From: Phoronis australis
Lineage: Eukaryota; Animalia; Phoronida
DNA: 64,000 bases
Reading direction: 5' to 3'
Assembly (NCBI GenBank): GCA_002633005.1
Contig: NMRA01000245.1
Location: 62,001 to 126,000, forward strand
Shown here: positions 24,737 through 36,950 of the stretch, one piece after another
Layout of the letters: every line of letters begins with the position of its first letter
How positions within the stretch are numbered: the first letter of the stretch is position 1
Position numbers and translations under genes: made by a program
The notes under the pieces: generated by a model
Told to the model about the DNA's origin: nothing
Seen by the model: the letters and a program-made list of their open reading frames with translations, nothing else
Database searches by the model: none

Positions 24737-25779
24737 CTGGAAACACAAGACAGTAGACATTAGCAGGTACAGGAATGAGGGCAGTTTCACCTGAATATCT
24801 GTAGAAGAAGTATTACAGTATTGCCTGTATACATCACAACTCTCTTGGTGAGGTGGGACTATTCTCCATTAGTGAACTATTTCTCCACCTCTCAACACAA
24901 GCAAAAATGCGCGCTCAAAAGTACAAGTGATGCCATAATTTACACTCGTGTTTCCAAATTTATGCTTGCACAAAGTGGTGACAAAAAACAAGAGCAAAGC
25001 GTTGAAATGCTCCCACGACTGCACTGCCTAACAGAGTATTTAGAATCATAATAATAATGACCATCTGAGATGGCAAAGAATACATCGAACCCGTCTAAAA
25101 TTGGGAAGACACCATTATTTCGCTTATACAAAGCTATCTGCCAAATTATATGAAAAACAAATACAACCCATTGTGTGAAGCATATGTTGTGACAATAACT
25201 CTGTTTCAGTCGGCTAAATGCCATAGCACAGAGATTACACCAATGACACGTGACAAATTACTGGCGACTTGGCTAAATGCGCATATGCTAAAAATCAGCA
25301 CTAATTTAGCTATTTTCTAATATCCACAAGCTGTTGCCTAGGTTGTATTATACCATCATCAAGAAAGAGCAGTCTGAAGACAATTTGCCATTTGTTATCA
25401 TACATGGGCCATGATGCTTTAAACAAAAAGTGGTCAAATCCCACCCCCAGGATCACAGCTGAGTGTACAGTAATATTACAACAAGAGCAACGCAGAGCGT
25501 TGAAATGCGCCCACAATTGCACCGTATACGGTATCCTTCTAGGGTTGTTTATTGGTACCATAAAGTGGCCAGTAGAGGGCATACATGTAGTATGTTGTAC
25601 TTTGCAAAATGGAAAGGCATGGTCATTGTCTCCTCAATAGGCTAGGTTTCAAAATATGAGTGACCTTCATAATACAAGCACATCCTATGCATCAGTTGCT
25701 TAAAGCACCACAGAAACATAGAATTAAAAACAAATTTACCAACATACGAGATTAGCACAGCATTAGAATGCCAGAAACA

Positions 25780-27465
25780 AATTTCTACTTGGAACTTTTC
25801 CTTCATAGTCACGAAGTAACACAGTGTATACACCTGAAGACCTATGAAAATACAGAGGTCAATGTGAAATATTTAAATTGCCACTAGAGGAAAAGCGGTA
25901 GTCAGAATCATCCTAAAGTCGTCATCGTCCGTTGTCAACATCACATAAATACATTTGTTAAATTTAGTAAAGATCCTGCAAACGGTTTGGGAGATAAAGC
26001 CATGGGCGCAAAAAAAAACTGCCACGAGGAGGCTCTACAGTAATCAAAGTCATGGGAAATTCAGCATCAACCGTCCTCTTCATAGTAAGAACATACATGC
26101 CAATTTTCACAATCATACTTAGAGCGGTTTGGTTGATAGAGGGATGGACGCCAAAAAAGAGACTCAAAAACAGTAAAAATGGCCACTGGGTGTCGCAAAC
26201 TAGGTCGAATCCATCCGAAAACGGGAGGATAGCGTCATCGCACTAATAGGTGCCTACATACCAAATTTCATGAAAATCCGTTAAGGACTTGTGAAGATAC
26301 AGAGGTAAACGTAAAAAAATAAAATTGCCACTAGGGGGCACACTGGTAGGCGGATCCGTCCAAAAGTCGTCATCGTCTGTTGTTAACATCATATAAATAC
26401 ACTTATTAAATTTCGTAAAGATCCTGCGAACGGTTTAGGAGATACAGCCATAGGCGCAAAAAAAAAAAAACTGCCACTAGGAGGCGCCACAGTAGTCGAA
26501 ATCGTCGGAAAATCATCGTCAACCGTCCTCTACATAGTAAGCATATACATGCCAATTTTCACAATCATCCTTTGAGCGGTTTGGTTGATAGAGGGGTGGA
26601 CGCACAAAAACAGACTCGAAAACACTAAAAATGGCCACTAGGTGGCGCAAACTATGTCGAATCCATCTGAAAACGGGAGGATAGCGTCATCTCACTAATA
26701 GGTGCCTACATACCAAATTTCATGAAAATCCAATAAGGACTTGTGAAGATACAAAGGTAAGCGTAAAAAAATTAAAATTGCCACTAGGGGGCACACCGGT
26801 AGTCGGATCCGTCCAAAAGTCGTCATCTTCCGTTGTTAACATCATATAAATATACTTACACAATTTCGTAAAGATCCTGCGAACGGTTTAGGAGATACAG
26901 CCATAGGCGCAAAAAAAAAAAAACTGCCACTAGGAGGCGCCACAGTAGTCGAAATCGTCGGAAAATCATCGTCAACCGTCCTCTACATAGTAAGCATATA
27001 CATGCCAATTTTCACAATCATCCTTTGAGCGGTTTGGTTGATAGAGGGGTTGACGCACAAAAACACACTCGAAAACACTAAAACTGGCCACTAGGTGGCG
27101 CAAACTATGTCGAATCCATCTGAAAACAGGAGGATAGCGTCATTTCACTAATAGGTGCCTACATACCAAATTTCATGAAAATCCGTTCAGGACTTTTGAA
27201 GATACGAAGATAAGCGTAAAAAACTAAAATTGCCACTAGGGGGCACACCGGTTGTCGGATCCGTCCGAAAGTTCGCACATGCCGTTCCATTCATGAATGG
27301 AACATATGTGCCAAATTTCATGAACATATGTCAAAGGGTTTTGGAGATAGAGCAGCGGACGCCGGACGCCAGACGGACGCCGCCCGTACGGACAGACGGA
27401 CGGACGGAGATGACGGCATAATGCGTAACAATCCTGCGAGCGGTAAAGCGCCGCCACATGACTTG
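25780..27465 (+). mobile_element. Helentron/HINE-like non-autonomous element with an internal array of about 452 bp (3 subunits of about 150 bp each)
   Basis: Units start near 25880, 26327, 26780 and 27232; subunits begin with GCCACTAG; the array ends in a GGAC/AGAC microsatellite (27357-27410). Family assignment is inferred from this structure. Confidence 0.65.
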
Positions 27466-28915
27466 TCATTTGAATGCCATAACACCTTATAGTGATAAAA
27501 GCCTTTGGTGGAGTGGGTACCTTTTGCATCAATGGCTGCTGAAGTCTCTAGTCATTGTTTAAAAACTTTGAAAAGGTTAAACTTTCAAGGTTACGAAACA
27601 TACTTTGGTTAAGTGACCATCTAAATTTCCAGACACTGTCAAACCATCTTCTCAAAACTTAGCACCAGAGGTGAAGGTCGTCTCAAGGTTATTTTTTCTT
27701 TTTCAGCTACTGCAGAGACTGGCATCAGATCATCAAATTCCTACACAGCCTGTTTACATTAATAGGGATGGGTATTTTTACATCAGGCAACATAAACATT
27801 GGACAGGCTTTAGCGCTCATTTCACCACAAAGGGTGTTTATATAGGAAAACAGGAAGCCCACTTCAAATTGGCATGGCCAGGAAACCTGGTTGCAGAGAG
27901 TGGGCAGAATGCATTGCAGCTATTGATTACATTCACAATTGTGATTCAATACAGCTTTCATATACAGACAAAGATTTTACATGTGTTCGGCCAGTCACCA
28001 CCAGTCCAGGCTCAGCTAAAAAATTACCAATCACACGCCATGTAAGATTGATTTTTCCAATTTCATTCAATGTACTCCATGAAGTCGGATCTCAAGTAAA
28101 GTTTAGTGGTGGTCATGGCCTTGACCTTGCAGAATAAAAAAAATCCCATGTTTTTATGATGAACTGCCATGTGCTACCTAATGCATTGTCACCTCAGCTG
28201 TGACTAACGGTCAACAGCCGTGTATTTGTTACAGACACAAACTTCTAATACCAAATGACATACATCACATAAGAACAGAAAATAAAATGGTATTTTTCTC
28301 ACAACACACTCAAGAAAATCATGCAATCAACATTCTTATTACAGAAACAAAAAGAGTTCAATTTTAGCTTTTAAAGCAAAATAACGTTTCTAGGAATTTG
28401 TTTAAAACACTGGAAATGGCAAAATCGGACAGATTAGAAGCCAGGAATAGTACGGTCTGTTTCATCCAAGTCTACATTTCATGTGCTGCTCGTTAGCACT
28501 CTGACAGATGTTCAAGAAACCATGAAGGCAATACATACAGGGGGGAATCTAAGGTAAACAGATATGGGCGAACCATGATTTGTTTTAAATGACTTGTACA
28601 TATTGGACTGCAGCACTGCAACTTGCTTTTCACCTCAATCTACGAATATTAAAATACGATGTGTCTCTTCTGAAAATGGGAACAGCAAGATGTTGTTTGT
28701 TTAAAGACTCAAGTTGGCCAAATAAAGTAATGAGGCTGCCACTCTATCAAATGGAACAATTACGAATATCACTATTACATATTATTATGTAATTATATTA
28801 TATCATGACATTACTACAATTCACTTTCTATTATATATTATTATATCATTAATATTATTATGAACATCATCATTACCATAATACTATCGTATCAAATGCA
28901 ATATCATAGTGTTAC

Positions 28916-29043
28916 CTGGGCTTGGGGTAAAGGCGCTGCACTAGCATAACTCCCATCAGACTGAAACACTGCCATTCCATTGTGATACGAGTAAGGGACA
29001 CCATTGACTCCAGCAAACAGCATACTCTGCGGAGAGGCGGCAT
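28916..29043 (-). CDS. BOLL: boule coding exon
   Basis: tttcag|AT ... CAG|gtaaca; GVPYSYHNGMAVFQ matches the Boule motif YPYTYHNGVAYF. Confidence 0.92.
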
Positions 29044-29360
29044 CTGAAACAGTATACAAGTCGAATGAAAACACAATTAATATAAACAGCATGGCTATCA
29101 ATATCGGTGTTGTGCCACAGTCATCATAACTGTTGCTGTGACAACAATGTTGTTATGACGTATAAAATTATTACTTGTTAGAGTTGTTACCGAAAAAGTA
29201 TAATTGGTCGACCTTATCTTGTGACACCATGAAGTAGTATGGAAAATTTCATTGGATAAAACCATTCAGGTAACCCAACAGGAACCTCATTCAGAAATTA
29301 TCTTTTTCTCTTAACTAGAAATGAACAAATGAAACTCGGACATATTTTTGTTACCAAGAT

Positions 29361-29428
29361 CATCATTATTATTATTATTGTTATTATTATCATGATTATT
29401 ATTATTATTATTGTTGTTGTTGTCGTTG
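29361..29428. repeat. (ATT)n/(GTT)n microsatellite
   Basis: Directly visible. Confidence 0.85.
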
Positions 29429-30495
29429 CCATATTTTGTCACTTAAACTGCACTGCCTCACCCCAAACAAAATCCTAAAATTGACCGCCAGGAATCCAAC
29501 AAAACCTGACTTATTCTCAACAAAGAGCACATCTCATCTCTCCTGGGCCCAGCTCTTTGCCACCACTAGTTTCAAGAAACTGGTGACAGTCTCTCACCAG
29601 ACTAACAGCATGAAAGTCACAAGAACATAGAATTGATGGCAGTTTGGAAATTCCAACATTGATCTGGCAGATAAACTGGCACAGAGAAGTTGTTTAATAA
29701 AGACATAACATGGTGCAGCTGCAGTACCAACTATTTTGGGTATGGCAGTGCAGCTGCCTCCCATCTGCTGTTCTACCTTGGTCACAACTCAACATCAATT
29801 TGTTACTGACAAATGCTAATTGCACTTTTAGACACTTTACTCTATTAGAAAGGCTTTACTGGGTACTTCACTGCTCAATTGCATCAGTTCACACACCCTT
29901 GCCTTTTACAACTGGGCGGCTGCGAAATGATAACTCAGATTTCAAAGACTTTTGCTAGCCAAGTGAAATTTAATAACAGAGATGCTTACACCCAGTGGTG
30001 TCCAGCATTTCAACACAGACATCAAATCATTTAACACCAGTTTCCTTTGTGTGATTTACTTAAATTTTCCAGTAGTATCAAACCCATATTAAGTGTGCCA
30101 CATGAAAAAGTCCATCAGGCACACTATGTGTCCATTCAACTGGTTAATTCAGGTAATGACCTCATCATCGTTATAATCATGTGCTGCAGTCATAACATGT
30201 GACTTTGTTAGTACACTCAAGCAAACATGCAGGTCATGTGAATATAAACTGTCCTCTGCTAAACTGTCCTCTCATAGTTAGTGTTGAGAGCAGATCAGTT
30301 CATTTGGTCTGTAATTGACTTTTTTAATATCTAAATTAGAGAATTTTGCTCCTGACCACCATAAAACAGTTTCTTTGGGAAAATTCAATAAACATAATCA
30401 ACAGCTTGATGCTGATTGTTCGATAAATCAAACTGTGTAATGTTTAGACTGTAATTTGGAGAACAGTTTATCGACAGGTTTAACTGAAAACTTAC

Positions 30496-30517
30496 CAAAC
30501 AGTCTAGGAAAAGCTTG
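30496..30517 (-). CDS. BOLL: boule 22-nt micro-exon (QAFPRLF)
   Basis: ttcttttcag|CAAGCTTTTCCTAGACTGTTTG|gtaagt; converts phase 0 to phase 1 exactly as the flanking exons require. Confidence 0.8.
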
Positions 30518-32291
30518 CTGAAAAGAAACGGGAACGAACAGTTAAACAACGGTAAAAATGAGCAACAACAGGTACGAAACTAAAATGTAACAGTGCAGTC
30601 ACGTGAACATCATGCATGAAAGGAACATACCCCGCATGGTCGACATTCATTGGAAACTTGAAGAAGAAAAATACACCATTATTTCTACTTGGCAACACCT
30701 TGGCATATGTAAGATAACACCATGGCTACCACTGGCAAACTGGGTGAAGAACCAGTCTTTCCACAATATTGCTGCCATTACACACCATTAACATCTTCAG
30801 GATATGCACTTTGACATTTCAAAATGAGGACTGGGTAAAGGTAAAAGCTAAAAAATCATCAAAACACTTTTCACAAATTTAATACCCTCAAACTGAAAAT
30901 ATCATTTGCCAATGGTACGCCGAAACCTTTTGCAACAAACTACAATATATAGTTAGGTGCTTGTGTAAAACATTTTTTTTCGTAAAATAACTTGCAGAAA
31001 TAGTATGTATATTTAGTAAACCATCAACTCTTCATATCTTAAAAATGCTGCTTGTCAACCCACCAAAGTGAGAATTTTTAGAAAGCGCAGAGATGGGAAG
31101 ATATGTTTTGTTTTAGTTTTTAAAATAATGAATTTTACGATGAACAGCTTTGACACAGCAAAACGAAGTTCACATTTTTGGTAGCAGATAAAATCCAAAC
31201 TATGCGTGATATCAAAAATATGAGACACCGTTTTTTACAGAAATATTCAAGATGCTCCTTGTTTTTTGAGATTTTTGTTTTTTAATTGTTTAGAAAGAGA
31301 ACTAGAAGATTTTACGAGTCATTAAATTTTTAAATTTTTTCGAGCTCATTAGCATTGCCCACGTTTCAGATATTTCTGGGAATACCCCTTAATTTTTTCG
31401 CAGCTATTTTAGACCATGCACGCCCACGCAACTTTAGGAATTTTAAGAACCCTCAACAAAGATCATGATTTGATGTATACTAGGTTTAATTTGAATTCTA
31501 ACCATCTTCTTCACCAAATTTGGGATTCAGCAATTACCAATAAGATGTTTTGAGCATTTTCAGCATAATAAAAATTTTTAAATTTTGAAACTTGTATTTC
31601 GAAACTGTTCAAATCACTGCCTTCTACAAACGACGAAATATGGAGTTCTGCGTCTGGGTCAATGATAGGAAAAGCAGATGTACCTAAACAGTTGTTACTG
31701 CCGGTGAAGAAAATAAAGATGTTTTCATAAAAGAATCACTGAACAATTTTAAAGAAGATCCAGTATATCTCTAGATTAACAAAATTCCTTTAGAAATCAT
31801 TTTGTGACGGCCAGAGTGGTGTGTTGATGTCAATGTGAAGTGAACAAACCTACAGAACAGCCAGTTACTTGGCAACCAACAACTTATTACTTAAACACTA
31901 ACAACTTCCAACCTGTTGTATCAGTAAGGAACAGCCTCATGCAACCAAATGCACCTCAAATGTCACTATGTCACGCTACCGTTCAAATTACATACACAGG
32001 TTCTTTCAGTTTTTTTCAGGATATCAAGTAACTTAACACCCACCATTATCAGCCTTTTATTGGGCGGTTACGAGAAACCAGGCCAGAGTACATTCATTTC
32101 AGAGGACTGTCAGTTGTTAAAACATTTTCAAAGTGTCCACTTTGATGTGTTTAATTGAACACATGGCACGACACAGTGACATTTCATATGTGAGGAACTA
32201 GAAAAACAACAACTTTCATAAAACAAAGCACCAGAATTCGAAAAATAACTAGTAAAAAGTGCACAGGCCCAGAATTACAAGGTCTATTCAC

Positions 32292-32351
32292 CTGTTTCCT
32301 GACAGCAGGTCCAATGTTCAGTTTCCTGTCTTTGAAGATGAGATTCTCACT
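32292..32351 (-). CDS. BOLL: boule coding exon (end of RRM)
   Basis: tttttag|AGT ... CAG|gtgaat; SENLIFKDRKLNIGPAVRKQ (Boule KKLNIGPAIRKQ). Confidence 0.95.
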
Positions 32352-33668
32352 CTAAAAAACATCAAACCACAGATGACAAATCACAAGGCCAGCTCTTCAA
32401 TTCTATAGCGGAGGTGGCAGCAAACTGACCTTCACCACATCACTTACAGCAGAATCTGTTTCAAAAAACGCCAACATAAATTTGATCATCTTCGAAAATC
32501 CTGTGCCTACCACCTCTAACAAAAGCCATTAGTGAGAGTCACAGTCTAAAAAAGATTATCTGGCAACATTATGAAGATAAGTTACATTGCTGATAACTAT
32601 TATGGTATCATTCTCCTCTAACAAAACATGTGACCTAGCCACATAATGTCTCGTGCTTGATGCACACAAACTGAGATGTGCAAAGCTGTTTTATGTTATT
32701 TAAGATGTATGCTCCACTGACATTCAAGGACTGAAATGCCCAGTATATAGTGCGCAAAACAACAAAACCACCTTCAATTGCTAGTACTGGTAAAATCATT
32801 TAAGATTGTGTAAGACCTTATTAACAAGACTGAGTATTTAGCTAATTAAGTCCGTGAAAATACATATTTTGTGTAAGTAGAAGGCCTAAAGAATTTGATT
32901 ATTGACTTAGTCAACCAATCTGCCAATAATTAGGACACGTAATCATGTCTTTAGTAAAATTTAGCAAAAAAGGAAAGGTACATTGATAGCAAAACAATGA
33001 TGTCAACAAAATGACCAAATTTCATTCACGATGAAATCTAAAAAATGCTGCTAGTTATCGTTTTCATTTCATACAACTTTTGATTTTTTTCAAGAAAATC
33101 ACAAGTCGTTTTGACAACCCCGCATGCAAAACAGGAATACTTTCAAAGTAATTCCCAACAGCGCCTATGAGAATATTGCACAAGCATAGCATTTGAAAGT
33201 TTCATATGGATTTGATCAGTCATTTCTGGGAAATGGTGTACCAAAATTAGCAAATTTTGGTCATTTTTAGGGTCCAACATAACCTTCCTTCCAAAAAAAA
33301 AACTAAACCCGATGTTGCCCGTGTCTCTTACAATGGAATTCCCATTGTAAAACCAAATAGTGTACACACTCAGTAAAAACCATGTGGAGAACATGACTCC
33401 CTTATCATAGTCCATGTAACAAATAGAAACATGTCCACGGCAATTTCAGAACAACCACTGACAAGAGATTTACATAGTCAATCATGCAGACAAAGGGAAT
33501 AGCTTTTCTGTTTCAAGGCCATTTAAGTTCAGCAGGTACATCCAAACAAAAATTGAACCCAGTGAACGTATGCTGGAAATATAAACTGGAATAAACCTTT
33601 TCACAGATCTTTTGTTGGAAATACATTGTTTCATTACATGCATCTCCACTCAAAGTGTCGGCACATAC

Positions 33669-33726
33669 CTCTTTCTTGATGATTTTTTCTGCATCCTCTT
33701 GTGTTTCAAAGGTTACAAAACCATAC
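33669..33726 (-). CDS. BOLL: boule coding exon (RNP1)
   Basis: ttgtag|G ... GAG|gtatgt; (G)YGFVTFETQEDAEKIIKKE. Confidence 0.95.
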
Positions 33727-34090
33727 CTACAACCATTGGCAATGTGTAAAATGTTTACGTCACAAATAGTTTATAGACTGCACATCTAAGACCAAGACAT
33801 TGGACTATAATTTTGCAAACATTCTTTCAAAACAACTTGATAATAAAAAATAGAATCGAATCAAATGGTTTTATATTCATCACCATTTTCTGTGATAATA
33901 ATTCATAAATACAAAAGCGTGAAAAACACTATAAATGTGACACCAAAGCATGCAAAATGCATTCAAAAATTCCTTTTTTCAGAGATATTTTCATTAAAAA
34001 AAAACAACACAGGAAAACATGACCACTGGTTAGAGAATACAGATATACCACCGTCTTCAAACTAAATAGAGGTAATCAAGAGATGGTTAC

Positions 34091-34182
34091 CCTTTAGAAA
34101 CACCTGCTCTGTCAGCAATGATCTTGGAGTCTTTTACAGCCCCATAGGAGCTGAAGAAGGATTTCAGTTCTGTCTCGTTTGT
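34091..34182 (-). CDS. BOLL: boule coding exon (RRM)
   Basis: ttccag|ACA ... GG|gtaacc; TNETELKSFFSSYGAVKDSKIIADRAGVSKG. Confidence 0.95.
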
Positions 34183-35981
34183 CTGGAATAGCCAAAGAAC
34201 TAAATCCGTAGAGACAGTTAATACAACACTCTGGTTGCTGTCACAACTCCCTGGTTGGATAAAAATTTATTTTTATCACAAACGTTTTACTCAAAATATT
34301 TAGCCCAAAATTCCCATTTTATAAAACGCTAGAAGTAAGGTGGCATAAAATAATTTTGGAAATAGTCGAAAGAACACAGTCAGCTCAGTAATTAAGAGGT
34401 AACCGAAGGATGAACTATAATGGTTGCACATGGTGATTAATTGTTCAGTAGCGTTATTGAAATAATTACTCACAAAACCTTATATCACCAACATATGCAT
34501 GAAACTTCTAATAGTTTCCACCTATATTTCAACACACTAGCTTTTATTCAGAAATTCTTCAGTTTAAAAACACAAATCATTAAAACACATGACTATATTA
34601 TTAGGCATTGTGATAAGATTACGCTTTGAACAGCAAGAAAGTTTTATTCTAAATGTTAATCAGAGATAAGCTGGCAGCATCAGGCCAAAAGTCACTATTG
34701 CCTAGGATTTCTAACACAAAGGCAGAACAAGATTACAGCTAAAAACGATGAGCTGATTTAACAGATGTATGGTAGACTCTGAAGGTCAACCTAAACAGAG
34801 GGAGACTGAATCACAACAATATAATTTGCTGTTGCATCTGGAACAACTCAGGCTGGTAAATGTTGGCCAGGTGATTTGACTGCACTACTGCTGTGTCGCA
34901 CCTTTGGACAGAACAGGTTTGTTACACAGACATTTAATTTGATTACTGAAGAACAACTATTTCCGATAATTAGTAATCAGGTTCTCCATAGGCAACATAC
35001 ATTTGCATCCCAATGAACTGCGTGAAAGTAGACTGCATAAAAGCGATTGGCACCTGCACATTTGTGAGTATGCAGTACTGTGCATTAACAGGCTACCAGA
35101 AAAACATGGTTGCCACACTAATCAGGATAGTTTATTCAGTCACAATTCCATGTCAGATTTTTCAAGGAAAATCAATCATGTCACAGATTCTCTTCAAAAT
35201 TGGTGGAATCGTTACACACTACAAGGTTCCGAGTCACGCAACTCTCATTTCTTTGGGAAACAGTCGTTTAATTAGTGAAGTTTGTGTCTAGATGCATATA
35301 TAAAAAAAACTATAAAATCTAAACAGGCGATTTTTATATCTGTTTGTAGCTCTCAGGCTATTCTAATACCCCAATTCACTTTCATTACGTTGTGGTGGTT
35401 CATAATGTCGGTTTACGAGGCCAGTCACTATGTTGTGGTGTATTTAACATTTCTGCACTTTTGCATGAACACCTCGACTTGAATTCCACGAAGAAAAAAG
35501 GTTTGTACAAATTCACCATGAGTCATGCATAAAGTGACGTGGAATTCACAGATAAAACTACTTGTAGTTAACTTACAATTATTTTTTTAGGTAATGATTT
35601 CTTGAAAACTGATAACAAAAAGTCAAGCTATCAGAACAAGTCAAACTAAATCACTCAGTTTCTACACTTCACAGCCATAGTTTTGCTGTAACCCTTTGGG
35701 GAACCATGTAGTACAAAGCGTTCATGCCTGCCTCTGATCCTCGAATGGTAGGGCTTGACGGTGTAGCATGTCAACTCGCCAAATTGAACATGAGATACCG
35801 ATAGGCTTACTATACAATCATAACCCACGCCTATAGGTAATCAAATCAACACTAACCAACAACAATAACTACGAACCGCAACATGGGTTTTAACACAAAA
35901 TCAATCCATTTCCAATTGTTTTCAAACAGTTATTACAGTAGTCCAAATTACTACAACCAAATTGTACGACTCAATACTTAC

Positions 35982-36095
35982 GTTTGGTGCAATACCCCCG
36001 ACAAATATTCTGTTTGGTATAACCGTTCCGTACTTGGGTGCATGGTTGCTCAAATCTGAAGGGCTCAAACAACCAGCAGGAGATGCTTCACCAGA
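35982..36095 (-). CDS. BOLL: boule coding exon (RNP2)
   Basis: ttctag|TCT ... AAC|gtaagt; APKYGTVIPNRIFVGGI, diagnostic of Boule. Confidence 0.95.
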
Positions 36096-36839
36096 CTAGA
36101 AGAGATAAAAAGGAAAATTAACAACGCAATAATAAATAATACTACGCATGACGCTTTACATAAGTCGAACATCCCGCTTCACATACAAATGTTTTGACTC
36201 AATTTTCTGCCAGTCACAAAAAGAGTCCAGAAATAAAACGTTTTTTAGAATTATACTGGCTTGACTACTTCATTCTTGCTTTGTACGGTGGGGCATGTTA
36301 GCCAGTGTAATGCTCAACATAGATTTCACCATGAAACCTCTGTGAGTTTGGGTCAGACTGTTTTGAAGAACTGTAATACTGACAGTACATACTTTCAACT
36401 GTAAGCTGTATTTTGTATCAGGAAAGAGCTAGCTCTAAGCTAAACAAAGTCATCATTAAACAGCAGGAGTTCATTCCAACTTTGGTCAGAATGATGGAAA
36501 GCCAAACCATTTGCTAATGCGGTATTTCATAAATCGATCGCCAGAATATTGCCACTTCCCTCCACTATCACACAACACTCAGACAAAAATGAATTTCTAA
36601 TGGTCCATTTCTGATTCATTAGTTTGAAATGAACCAGAGAACAAGTACTTTAATTATTTCCACAGGGAAAAATGTTTTAGATAGACTTCCATACTTATGT
36701 GTCACTTTCGTAATTACCAATATGGTTGCATTTTAAAGGGGGGGGGGCATCTTTTGTTATTTCAGCATTATATATAATAATTATAATAATGGTCACTGAG
36801 GCACCGATATTGACAACACTGACGCTCACAAGAGAACAA

Positions 36840-36950
36840 CACCAAAACAGACAACAGCAAAAACATCTACACAACTGACAATAATTGTACAAGACTCGAA
36901 ACAGACAACAGCAAAAACATCTATACAACAGACAATAATTGTACAAGACT
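36840..36950. repeat. Two tandem copies of a unit of about 53 bp
   Basis: aaacagacaacagcaaaaacatcta(c/t)acaac(t/a)gacaataattgtacaagact occurs twice. Confidence 0.8.
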
